IMG/VR virus record: IMGVR_UViG_3300012347_000104
Coordinates: 8,513-72,512 of that record
Origin: a virus
Lineage: Duplodnaviria > Caudoviricetes
Direction: 5' to 3' (one strand)
Length of the DNA stretch: 64,000 nt
Under the pieces are notes generated by a model, which was not told the DNA's origin, did not search any database, and saw only the letters and a program-made list of their open reading frames with translations. The position numbers were made by a program, and so were the translations under genes. The stretch's first letter is position 1. Each line of letters begins with the position of its first letter. Positions 52,122 through 61,061 of this stretch are shown here, piece after piece.

Positions 52122-53002
52122 GCCTGTACTAGCTTCCAGTTATTAACTTTAAAGTACTCAAAATCATCATTGGTCTGACGACTGAAATTTCCTGATATTT
52201 GTAGTACTTTTTCAGTATTAAAAATATGGTCCCAAACATGTTGTAACGGGTTGTCTTTTGTTAAGGACATCATTACGCCAGCGTTTAACTTGTCATCTAC
52301 CATCCAATATTGTATAGAGGTAGTACTGCGAGTTTTTCGAGTGATAGTTTTGATTGGTGTTAGATTGACGATAGTACCCAAGAACTTTGGAGTCCCGTTG
52401 CTATCCATACGATTGAACCCTTGATTAGGTGTTACTTGCAGACGTACCTCATCCAGACTAATATCATAGTCGTAAAAAGTAGGTAAGTAACAAATCATGC
52501 CGATATCTTTTTCCTTAAAGACTAATCCATCTGTATGCACGAATCTATTCATATCTTGTCTGAATTGCGTCATAACAAGTTTTTCACTTAACTTACCGAA
52601 CATCACTTTTTTACTGTAGTAATCGCGGATTGATGCTGCCTTCTCTTTGTCACTAGTGGTTACGTTCTCCACTACTTTCTTATCTAGGATTTGAAAACCA
52701 TATTCTTTATTATTGCGCATCCGTTGTAGGGCACAACTTAATGCTAGAACGTCAACTGGTGTTTCAAACATCTCATATTTTTTAATGCCATGATGGTAAC
52801 TGGTGCCGATGCCACTGAGATTGATTGTCGTGTCAGGAGACCAAGAGGGACTGAGCGTTACGGTTGAATTTAAATTTTTAAATGATTGTGCCAATTGTGA
52901 AGACATGGTTGTGATAGGTACTGACATGAATGGATCTCCGGATATAGTGAAAGTATCAGTGTTGTCTTGCAACACACCGTTGATATAAATTGAATTAGAC
53001 AT
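52118..53002 (-). CDS. Hypothetical protein
   Basis: 294-aa ORF under its own consensus promoter; beta-rich C-terminus. Confidence 0.8.
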   Translation of the reverse strand: MSNSIYINGVLQDNTDTFTISGDPFMSVPITTMSSQLAQSFKNLNSTVTLSPSWSPDTTINLSGIGTSYHHGIKKYEMFETPVDVLALSCALQRMRNNKEYGFQILDKKVVENVTTSDKEKAASIRDYYSKKVMFGKLSEKLVMTQFRQDMNRFVHTDGLVFKEKDIGMICYLPTFYDYDISLDEVRLQVTPNQGFNRMDSNGTPKFLGTIVNLTPIKTITRKTRSTTSIQYWMVDDKLNAGVMMSLTKDNPLQHVWDHIFNTEKVLQISGNFSRQTNDDFEYFKVNNWKLVQA

Positions 53003-53007
53003 GCTCT

Positions 53008-53036
53008 ATTATAGCAAAAACCTCGTACTGTGTCAA
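53008..53036 (-). promoter_or_regulatory. Sigma70 consensus early promoter
   Basis: TTGACA-N17-TATAAT, ATG 5 nt after the -10 element. Confidence 0.9.
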
Positions 53037-53051
53037 TACGAGGTTTGCCGT

Positions 53052-53513
53052 TTATAACGAGATATCTTCCATTCCACTTGTCCGTAATCGGACTATGTGA
53101 CCCATTTGCCATTGTTTGGCATCGAGTCCTTTCATGATACCTAACCATTTGTTTCGCATCAATGCGACTTCGTTGATTAGGGTTTCATAGTCAATTACTT
53201 CCTGCTCACCGTCAACATACTTTTCAGCGTCACGTGATGTGAGTGCCCGATTGTATGCTTCGAGATATTTCTGGAAGTGTTTCCTACGAATCTTACGTAG
53301 TTGAATGTTAAGATGATTCAATACAGCCTCAATTTCTTGAAGCTGGTAGAAACGATGTTCGGTGAGACCGGGCAATGCAGCGATGTTCTTTTCTAAGTTG
53401 CCATAGACTTTCACATCTTTTTTCGCATCTACCAGTTCATTCTCAAAATAGAAAATGAAGTCTGGTAGTTTCGAAATATCTGCACTAACCTTTGTTAGCC
53501 AATTACCTGACAT
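53052..53513 (-). CDS. uvsY: Recombination mediator UvsY-like
   Basis: Helical protein; KY.E.Y.RALT.RD.EKYVDGE..V, MKGLDAKQWQMG; downstream of uvsX. Confidence 0.8.
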   Translation of the reverse strand: MSGNWLTKVSADISKLPDFIFYFENELVDAKKDVKVYGNLEKNIAALPGLTEHRFYQLQEIEAVLNHLNIQLRKIRRKHFQKYLEAYNRALTSRDAEKYVDGEQEVIDYETLINEVALMRNKWLGIMKGLDAKQWQMGHIVRLRTSGMEDISL

Positions 53514-53762
53514 TTAGTTCCAATCATCATCTTGGTCATCATCATCGTGTTCTTCGTATTCTTCTTCTTGGAAGTGTTGTTCTGCATAGCCCTTTAAGGC
53601 TTTAGTAACATCCTTGTCTTTGAATTCACTTTTGATATCATCAACTTCATAGTTGTTGTCCATCAAATAATTAACCAATGAATCGGCTGCTTCACTGCGG
53701 TCGTTGAAATCAACGTGCTCACGTAATACTTCCCAAACTTCTGATACGATGCTTAAACTCAT
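53514..53762 (-). CDS. Hypothetical acidic protein
   Basis: 82-aa ORF coupled between uvsX and uvsY. Confidence 0.75.
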   Translation of the reverse strand: MSLSIVSEVWEVLREHVDFNDRSEAADSLVNYLMDNNYEVDDIKSEFKDKDVTKALKGYAEQHFQEEEYEEHDDDDQDDDWN

Positions 53763-54853
53763 TCTGTAGGTTCTCCTTCATCTTCTGCGGTTTCTACAGT
53801 ACTACTTATCTCTGCCTTAGCATTTCTCAACGGATAATCAGCCATCAACTTGTCCAAGCATTCATCGGTGTTTGCTTCCCATGCTTTACGGAATTTCTTG
53901 ATGATTTCACCATCCATAGTGACGTAGACTAAACTGTTGCCTTCTTTTTTCAGCAACTCTGCTTTTTCAGCCATGTCAACTAAGCCAGAGTATGGGCTCA
54001 TACCTGTCTTGTAAGGAATCTTCACTTGTACACCCTCGAAAGGTTTTGCATAACGAGTTTTCATAATCTTACAACCAGCACGAATACCATTTACTTCTGA
54101 TACTTTGTTGCCGTCTTCATCTTCTTTCAACTTCATCTTCTTCATCGCAACAACGATAGATGAAGCATACACGAAACCTTGACCGCCTGAGATTTTGTCA
54201 TCTGGGTCAAACATATCTTGTGATGCGTATGTGTGATTAGTTGCAACCAAGCCGATACCTAGTGAACCAAACATGTTAACACAGTTACGAACAAGTGCTG
54301 TTAGTGCTTTAGGCTTACGACCCATGTCACCTTTCATGTCACCTGCTTCAAACTGATTAACGTCAGTTGGTGTCAACAACATACCTAACGAATCGACAAC
54401 GAACAATACTTTTGGTCGGTCTGCTTCTGCTAGTTGTTTGTAGTCTTTGACGAACATAGAAATAGTTTTACCTACTTCGTCAATCATCGCCATGTTTAAT
54501 TTTAGTAGCTTCGATTCATCTGTATCAACACCGAGGTTATGAAGCCAATCTTCGTCCAAAGCATTCTCGGAGTCGATAAGGATAACGAATATCCCTTGTT
54601 CTTGTGCATGTTTAACAAGGTTACCTGAACAAATGTAACTCTTGCCCGCACCACTTTCTCCAGCGAACACAGTAACTTTACCAAGAGGTACACCTTTATT
54701 AAAGTCACCGCTGATAAGATAGTTAAGTGCATAATTGCCTGTGCTGATCCAATCTGTAGGGTCATTGAATCCAACGCTTAATCCTTCAATACTTTTTGTA
54801 ATGTCCTTGCGGAACTTGCTTACGTCAAATGGTTTTGCCAATTTTCTCTCCAA
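53759..54853 (-). CDS. uvsX: RecA/UvsX recombinase
   Basis: ISTGNYALN, GESGAGKS, IDSENA, VVDSLG, TNHTY, SGG.GF.YASS. Confidence 0.94.
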   Translation of the reverse strand: MERKLAKPFDVSKFRKDITKSIEGLSVGFNDPTDWISTGNYALNYLISGDFNKGVPLGKVTVFAGESGAGKSYICSGNLVKHAQEQGIFVILIDSENALDEDWLHNLGVDTDESKLLKLNMAMIDEVGKTISMFVKDYKQLAEADRPKVLFVVDSLGMLLTPTDVNQFEAGDMKGDMGRKPKALTALVRNCVNMFGSLGIGLVATNHTYASQDMFDPDDKISGGQGFVYASSIVVAMKKMKLKEDEDGNKVSEVNGIRAGCKIMKTRYAKPFEGVQVKIPYKTGMSPYSGLVDMAEKAELLKKEGNSLVYVTMDGEIIKKFRKAWEANTDECLDKLMADYPLRNAKAEISSTVETAEDEGEPTE

Positions 54854-55076
54854 TCATTCCCGTATAGTAATACGGTTTATTTTCTTTATCAAGTAAGTCA
54901 GGACATGTGTCAGCCATCTTATCAAGTTCATACTCTGATGGATAGTGACGCAATGCACCTCTTGCTCGTTCTCTTACTATGCTCGGTACTCGTGGTGTCT
55001 TACCAGGATCACATAGTTCTTCTAATAGTTTTTTACCTTGCTTTAGGGCTCGGTATCGTTCGTCAGGTAATGTCAT
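54825..55076 (-). CDS. Hypothetical protein
   Basis: 83-aa ORF starting MTLPDERYRAL with SD AAGGA. Confidence 0.75.
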   Translation of the reverse strand: MTLPDERYRALKQGKKLLEELCDPGKTPRVPSIVRERARGALRHYPSEYELDKMADTCPDLLDKENKPYYYTGMIGEKIGKTI

Positions 55077-55116
55077 TTTAATTTCCTTATTGGGGAGGTT
55101 TCCCTCCCCTAGTCAA

Positions 55117-56127
55117 TTAAGCAGACTTGTTTTGACGAGCACGAATCATCGCTAGGATGTCGTTAGCTTTATCACTACCTGATGGAATAACAACTGGAGC
55201 TGCTGCTGCTTCGGCTGCGTCTTCTTCCCACGGTGCTACTGCTGGAGCTGATTCAGCTACGGGTGCTGTTGCGGGTGCGCTAGTAGCAACGGTACTAGAC
55301 GCTTGTGGTTGAGCCGCTGTTGAACCTGCTGGTGCTTCGAGACCATATGGGCGGTAGTAACTACCCCAACGCTCCAAATCGTATGGTTGACCATCGACTG
55401 ATGCTTCAAACATTTCCTTCATAATACGAAGGTCTGCTTCTGTTGGACGCTTTGGTAAGAACTCTTTCAAGTCAAACAAACCGTGTGCTTCGATAGCTGC
55501 CAATTCTGCTTCTGTTAGAGTTGTCTCACGACGGGCCCAGTTAGAAGTAGAGTAGTCAGCATAACCACCTTTACTTGTTTTCTTGATGTTGAAGTCAAGA
55601 CCACGTGTAAAGTGTGTTGGGTTTTCAAGGATCTCTGGATCCATCAGACCTGCTTTAACGATTGGGATGATTTGTGGACTGATGATGAATCGGCGAATCG
55701 GGTTCGCAGGAGTCTTGTCATCACCTAGTGGGTTTTGACGAACAAAACCTTGGAAAATGTAAGAACGCTTCTTCCAATACTTGTTAGCTGTTTCCTTCAA
55801 CGATTCGTCTTTGTACCAAGGACGAACTTCTGCCAAGATTGGGCAACTGTTTGGTTCATACATATCATTACAAGGGACTTGAACGATAACTTGCTTGTGA
55901 GCAGAATCACCTTTAACTCCGTTGAATGGTAACTTGATAATCTGTTTCTCTACCCAAAAGAATGTGTTGTTTGGATCCGCATCTGGTAAGAAACGAACGG
56001 TAGCAGTAGTGCCTTCATCCATATTCCAATGTGCGTAAACTGAGTTATCTGATTGGGTGTTTGATTTACCCTGTGACTTGTTTTCTTGCGCTGCTAGACG
56101 AGCGCGGATTTCTGCTAATGATGCCAT
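55117..56127 (-). CDS. gp32: Single-stranded DNA-binding protein (T4 gp32 family)
   Basis: VRFLP, CND...SCPI zinc site, YWKKRSY, G.DFNIKK..GG.ADYS.S.W, low-complexity C-terminal tail. Confidence 0.9.
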   Translation of the reverse strand: MASLAEIRARLAAQENKSQGKSNTQSDNSVYAHWNMDEGTTATVRFLPDADPNNTFFWVEKQIIKLPFNGVKGDSAHKQVIVQVPCNDMYEPNSCPILAEVRPWYKDESLKETANKYWKKRSYIFQGFVRQNPLGDDKTPANPIRRFIISPQIIPIVKAGLMDPEILENPTHFTRGLDFNIKKTSKGGYADYSTSNWARRETTLTEAELAAIEAHGLFDLKEFLPKRPTEADLRIMKEMFEASVDGQPYDLERWGSYYRPYGLEAPAGSTAAQPQASSTVATSAPATAPVAESAPAVAPWEEDAAEAAAAPVVIPSGSDKANDILAMIRARQNKSA

Positions 56128-56269
56128 AATAAATTTTCCTTATATAAATTGAGATGGTCTCTTTTTTAAATTCGATGCTTCCCTATGAAACATCTAACAC
56201 AAGTGATAGTATAGCAGACTATCAGCTAATGTCAATAGTATTTATGCCTTGTTAGGGCAAATATACTTT

Positions 56270-56563
56270 TTATTGTGCCGTTTTAATCAATTGCATTAGG
56301 CGTGCAATTTCGGCTTTGATTTTTTCTTCATCATCTTCAACTTGGTCAACTTCCTTGTCGATAGTGTTGATTTGATTAGTTTGTTGTTGGTCAACCTTTT
56401 TAGCTTGTTCTAACTCGTTAGCCATATAAACAGCTAGTGCTTGCTCTGGGCTCAAGTCTGGATGGGCACGACTTGCTTTGTATTGAATATCATGCTCAAT
56501 GGGAAGAGGTCTTTCTTCGACAACTGACTGTGCCCAAGATTCGAAAAGTTTAATTTCCTTCAT
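56270..56563 (-). CDS. Hypothetical protein, probable head component
   Basis: 97 aa, starts MKEIKLFESWA. Confidence 0.7.
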   Translation of the reverse strand: MKEIKLFESWAQSVVEERPLPIEHDIQYKASRAHPDLSPEQALAVYMANELEQAKKVDQQQTNQINTIDKEVDQVEDDEEKIKAEIARLMQLIKTAQ

Positions 56564-57864
56564 TATAGACCTGACAACAAACGCATACGAGCTAAATCTG
56601 TATCAGTGCTTTCACATGCCCCGACTAAATCACCCTTCTTAGCAGGACCACCGTCTGGGCCCAATTGCCCTGCTGCTTTTTGGTCAGCATCTAGTCCTTC
56701 AGAAGTTTCTTCGCGGTTAAGTTTCTTTGCTAACTTAGCCATGTCAACTTTGCCCATCTTTTGTTCGATACGCTTAACAGCTTCACCTGCATTCTTTACA
56801 GAATGTTGATATTCATCACCGTAGTCTGCTTCTTCTGGGTCTTGGTAATCCTCGATATCACCACTAGACTCTGTAGTTTCATCTGCCCAATTCTGCAATG
56901 CAATAACTTCTGCCATTGGCTTTGATTCGCCTAAATTCTTACTTAGTTTACCTAAGATTGGCATTACTGATTCGATACGAGGATCAAGTGAACTAGACAT
57001 AAACATTTCTGATAAGTCAGTCTGTTCTTCGTCTTCCATTAAAGGTGGTGTCCATGATTCGAAATAGTTATTGTAACCTTTCTTACCACGCATCTTACCT
57101 AACGACTCACGCAACTTAGCGTAGTGATTGATACCTTCAGCAACTAATCTTTCTGTAGATTCGTTAAATTGTTTGCCACGAGTAGCACGAACGAATCCTG
57201 CCATCTTGTTGTATTCTTCGCACAAGTCATTGATGTGATTCCAACGGTCGTCACGAGGTTGACCGCCTTCAGCAATGTGTCTTGCATAGATTTGTGCAAT
57301 GCCAGGACGGTTCGTTGGTGCTAAAATTCTCTCACCCAATGAAGTCTCGATAAAGATTCGGTCAACGTTACGGAAGCGTTGTTCACCTTCTTCCATAGTT
57401 TTGTTGTGCTTGATGATAATCTTTGTCTCAGGGATTACATCGTTATAACTTTGTTTCTTGCCCATAGAGTGATAGCTCTCTGCAAGACCTTCTTTTTTAT
57501 TGTGTGCTCTCACGGCCATATCACTTTCTAACTCATCCACGTCTTTACGCTCAAATCCTAATTGATAATTGATAGCAAACTTACGCATGTGCTTCATCAA
57601 TTGATCCCAAGACTGTGAATCTGCTGTTCCTGCTTTAGGACTTTGTGCAATCTTGTCATTGTAATAAACAATAAGTCTATGTGACCCGTCAACAGTTACA
57701 GTGGCTTTTCCGAAGTCTTCTCCGTCTTTGCTGAATGTAAATTGCATTAATTCAGCTTCCTCAGGTACTGCAACTTTCTTACCTGAACTGTCGTACATGT
57801 CAGGTTTGTAGCCTCTACTGTCTAGTAAGCCGTATAATTTGTCGTTTAGTTGTGATTTAGCCAT
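56563..57864 (-). CDS. Hypothetical protein, probable head/internal protein
   Basis: 433 aa, repeated hydrophobic-x-E sites, ends RMRLLSGL; next to terminase. Confidence 0.75.
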   Translation of the reverse strand: MAKSQLNDKLYGLLDSRGYKPDMYDSSGKKVAVPEEAELMQFTFSKDGEDFGKATVTVDGSHRLIVYYNDKIAQSPKAGTADSQSWDQLMKHMRKFAINYQLGFERKDVDELESDMAVRAHNKKEGLAESYHSMGKKQSYNDVIPETKIIIKHNKTMEEGEQRFRNVDRIFIETSLGERILAPTNRPGIAQIYARHIAEGGQPRDDRWNHINDLCEEYNKMAGFVRATRGKQFNESTERLVAEGINHYAKLRESLGKMRGKKGYNNYFESWTPPLMEDEEQTDLSEMFMSSSLDPRIESVMPILGKLSKNLGESKPMAEVIALQNWADETTESSGDIEDYQDPEEADYGDEYQHSVKNAGEAVKRIEQKMGKVDMAKLAKKLNREETSEGLDADQKAAGQLGPDGGPAKKGDLVGACESTDTDLARMRLLSGL

Positions 57865-57892
57865 GGTTTTGTGTCTCGATAGTGTATTTATC

Positions 57893-59437
57893 TTAAAGTA
57901 TAGCGTAGAACGGAAGAGGTAATATCATCTCATTGTGGTCCCTAATCTGTTCTTCTAGGTTCCCGTGATAATCGCTCAATTCTTGAAACATTCTAGTTGA
58001 TAGTAATGTCGCAGACACCAAATCGTCAGTCTCACCTACTTTTGCAGCAAAACTTCCGGCAGATGCGACATAACTTTTCAACTCGGTAATTAAACTACTA
58101 CTGTGAATTCTCATCTTTTTAGATTCCAATAGCGACTTAAACTTAGCACAAGCGGCTAGTTTTGTTTTATTATTGGTGTTGAAACCTTTGCGCTTCTTTC
58201 CGGGCTCTGATAAGAAAGAACCAGGAATGTTTGATTCTCCGTATTCAGCTAAAGACACAATCGCTGCTTCACCTAACGTATTATTTTCTAAGCTATAGTA
58301 TAAATTATTAGGCTCATTCGTAACTTCGTTAATGTGTTTACAGATTTGTGCAAGAAGTTTGATTTGAGTAGGAATGTCAGTTTTATTATGCTTCCACTCT
58401 CCTATTTGTGTCGTAGTGTTTGCTTCAAAAATTTGAATAGCTGCTGGGTCGCCACCGGTTCCTAGACTAGGATCTAAAGCTACAGTGTAGACCATTCCCT
58501 TTTCTGGTTTTTTATACCAACGTACTTGTCCCATACGTTCGATTGGCTCAGTGCCGGCTAAATCAATAAGTGTGTTTGGATTAATTAGTGTCTCGTCAGC
58601 AATAATGAACTCACAACCGATTTCTCGGCGGAATCTATCTTCACCAAGTTGTGCTTTAATCTTTGCAGCCCATTCTTCGTCACGTTCTGGATGTTCTTGC
58701 CAGTAAGCACGATATGCTTTAAACCCGTTAACACCTACTTCAGTTGGGTTACCGTATTCATCTTCACACTTATTAGCACCCTTCCAAATCAACGCAAACG
58801 TATCTTCGTCCGAGTTAGGAGTACTCGTGATAATCGCTTTACCACCAGTCGCTAGAGTAGGCGTAATAGCAGTCCAGAACTCTGTCGCAATTGAAGGACG
58901 AACGAACGCAAATTCGTCAAGGTATAGAAGTGTGATAGACATACCACGACCAGTGTTTTCAGTAGTTGTAGCTGAAACAATACGTGAGCCGTTCTCAAAG
59001 TCTAATGAGCCTTTGTTGTATGTTGTTACACCTGCTTTGATATGGTCGGGGCAGTTCTCGTATGCGTAGCGCACACGCTGCATAATTTCTTGAGCACCTG
59101 TGTACTTGTGTGCTGCAATTAGAATAGTTGAATCCGGTACGAACATAGCATACCATAGAAGATAACCCGCAGCACTCGTTGACTTACCTGTTTGACGAGG
59201 CATTAGTGAGATAGAGTAACGATTGTTGTGATAATTTTCAATCAACCGCTTTTGATAATCATAGGGGTGATAGTTCATCGATCCTTTTGTAGGATGTTGA
59301 ATCATAAAGAAGTTATCCATGAAGTACATTGGACCCGTGTTTGGATCACAACACTTGATAAAGTCGTTTAGTTCTTGTTCATTTGCAAACTTCGTTTTCT
59401 CATACGGGGTTTTAACTAAGGTAGGTGTATTTGCCAT
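57893..59437 (-). CDS. gp17: Terminase large subunit (T4 gp17 family)
   Basis: LMPRQTGKST, RG.SI.LLYLDEFAFV, IITSTPN, VALDPS.G.GGD, DDLVSA. Confidence 0.95.
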   Translation of the reverse strand: MANTPTLVKTPYEKTKFANEQELNDFIKCCDPNTGPMYFMDNFFMIQHPTKGSMNYHPYDYQKRLIENYHNNRYSISLMPRQTGKSTSAAGYLLWYAMFVPDSTILIAAHKYTGAQEIMQRVRYAYENCPDHIKAGVTTYNKGSLDFENGSRIVSATTTENTGRGMSITLLYLDEFAFVRPSIATEFWTAITPTLATGGKAIITSTPNSDEDTFALIWKGANKCEDEYGNPTEVGVNGFKAYRAYWQEHPERDEEWAAKIKAQLGEDRFRREIGCEFIIADETLINPNTLIDLAGTEPIERMGQVRWYKKPEKGMVYTVALDPSLGTGGDPAAIQIFEANTTTQIGEWKHNKTDIPTQIKLLAQICKHINEVTNEPNNLYYSLENNTLGEAAIVSLAEYGESNIPGSFLSEPGKKRKGFNTNNKTKLAACAKFKSLLESKKMRIHSSSLITELKSYVASAGSFAAKVGETDDLVSATLLSTRMFQELSDYHGNLEEQIRDHNEMILPLPFYAIL

Positions 59438-59467
59438 ATTGTATTTACTTGCAAATGTTTTGGTTGA

Positions 59468-59665
59468 TTACTTTGTCCAGGGATGTCCTGGAGTAGGAGA
59501 TGTAGTGCCGGGGCTCGTATATGTGTTCAACTCACGTTGACCATTGCCGGTTCCTTGACGCTTTGCTTGTGCAAGTGCTAACTTGTCATCTCTACGTTTT
59601 AATTTAGTAGCAGTAGAGTCTGACCCGTCACCTGATACTTCTGTTGATATGCCGTTTGCTGCCAT
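59468..59665 (-). CDS. Hypothetical protein
   Basis: 65-aa ORF with SD AGGA and TAAATA upstream; ends PGHPWTK. Confidence 0.7.
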   Translation of the reverse strand: MAANGISTEVSGDGSDSTATKLKRRDDKLALAQAKRQGTGNGQRELNTYTSPGTTSPTPGHPWTK

Positions 59666-59681
59666 GTTGTTATCCTATCTC

Positions 59682-59957
59682 TTATTTATCGTAAGGAGTC
59701 TCACCAGTGAGTATAGGCTTACTGAACCACAATCTAAACCATTCGTCAGTACCAGGTCTGATGTTTCTCTCACGTTGAATTTGTCCTAGATTTGTAGCAT
59801 ACTCACTAGTATTCTCACCGTAACTAGGTTTAGGATCGATTCCTGCTAATTTCTTTAAGTCGGTTAAGCTATCAACATTTTGTGCAGGTATGGAAACGGA
59901 CTTGAGTGCATCAAATCCGTTCATTAGTTGTGCTTGTTTGAATGGGTCGAACGTCAT
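59682..59957 (-). CDS. Hypothetical protein
   Basis: About 91 aa; contains DLKKLAGI and RPGTDEWFRLWF. Confidence 0.75.
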   Translation of the reverse strand: MTFDPFKQAQLMNGFDALKSVSIPAQNVDSLTDLKKLAGIDPKPSYGENTSEYATNLGQIQRERNIRPGTDEWFRLWFSKPILTGETPYDK

Positions 59958-59964
59958 CAACTAT

Positions 59965-60654
59965 TTATTTAATATCTAGAGGCCTTTGCTTAGTTACTAG
60001 AATTGCAAAATACTTCTCTTTAATAGATTTTGGTTCGCCTTCTGGTTGAGTAACAGTTACATCAAAATCTAAGTTGTTGAACTTCTCGACATTGAATCCT
60101 GTACGCTCCAATAATGCTATCCATTGAACCATTCCCAAAACACTGTAGTTGCTACTAACAAACTCATGTCTGCGGTCACATTCTGGGGCAGGAACTTCGA
60201 TGTACATTTTACCAAATTGACGCAAGATACGATTGTACTCAGTCAAACTAATGATAGGATAAGGACTTTGATTTAGTGTATGACGCAAAAAGATAAAATC
60301 GACACTTTCATCATGGAATCCATCTGTTTGAGGTAAGAAGCTAGGATCATGGATCTTAACAGTATGACCTCGTTCGGTACATAACTTAGCATCATTTTCG
60401 CTTAGTGTTGTTCCGATGACATTAGTAAAGCCTCGCTCTTTCATTTCATCTAAGAAATAACCAGCGCCGCAGCCAATGTCAACAATGAATGCATCTTTGC
60501 GTAACTCTAACGGGTCAATGTATGTGGGTACTACTTGCTTTGTTAGAGATTGGTGAAGTTGAGACTCGCCTTCGTCTACTAAGTGACTAGTGTATAGCCA
60601 CTCGTTATAAAATTTGAGTTTAAGTAAGTCTAGGGTGTTGTTAATATCAATCAT
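59965..60654 (-). CDS. Class I SAM-dependent methyltransferase
   Basis: IVDIGCGAGYF motif I, SVDFIFLRHTL, NRILRQFG.MYIEVP. Confidence 0.85.
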   Translation of the reverse strand: MIDINNTLDLLKLKFYNEWLYTSHLVDEGESQLHQSLTKQVVPTYIDPLELRKDAFIVDIGCGAGYFLDEMKERGFTNVIGTTLSENDAKLCTERGHTVKIHDPSFLPQTDGFHDESVDFIFLRHTLNQSPYPIISLTEYNRILRQFGKMYIEVPAPECDRRHEFVSSNYSVLGMVQWIALLERTGFNVEKFNNLDFDVTVTQPEGEPKSIKEKYFAILVTKQRPLDIK

Positions 60655-60691
60655 ACTTCTATTTACATATAGAAGTATAGGTTGAATTATT

Positions 60692-61060
60692 TTATTTGAA
60701 GCCTTTGAAGCCAGTAACTGGGCTTACTTTGTGAGTATCGTCTAGTTCTTTACTAGTCATATCACCGTGGTTCATGTCAGTGTATTCTGCACCAACTGCT
60801 TTGTATGCTTGTTTAAGCATGTCTTGTTCTTCTTTGGTGTATGGGTGAGTAGATTTTTGTTTACCAATCCAGCTTTTTGCCTTCATGTCAAGCGGGTCTT
60901 TGCCGTTTGCCCCGGCTACTGCCATACCTAAACGATATGAAGTGTAATCACCACTTACGTGTTCGCTATCACCGTACGTATTCAATCCCTTAGTAGACTG
61001 TTGCTGTCTCTTAGAAATCTTCTTCTCGCTTGACTCTGAAATGAATTCGGTTGCTCTCAT
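60692..61060 (-). CDS. Hypothetical protein, probable internal head protein
   Basis: Starts MRATEFISE, resembling the T4 capsid-targeting sequence. Confidence 0.75.
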   Translation of the reverse strand: MRATEFISESSEKKISKRQQQSTKGLNTYGDSEHVSGDYTSYRLGMAVAGANGKDPLDMKAKSWIGKQKSTHPYTKEEQDMLKQAYKAVGAEYTDMNHGDMTSKELDDTHKVSPVTGFKGFK

Positions 61061-61061
61061 A

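Noticed and set aside
59468-59665. Plus-strand ORFs 59319-59540 and 59583-59789 as real overlapping genes
   Set aside because: They lie antisense to better-supported minus-strand genes that have promoter and RBS signals.
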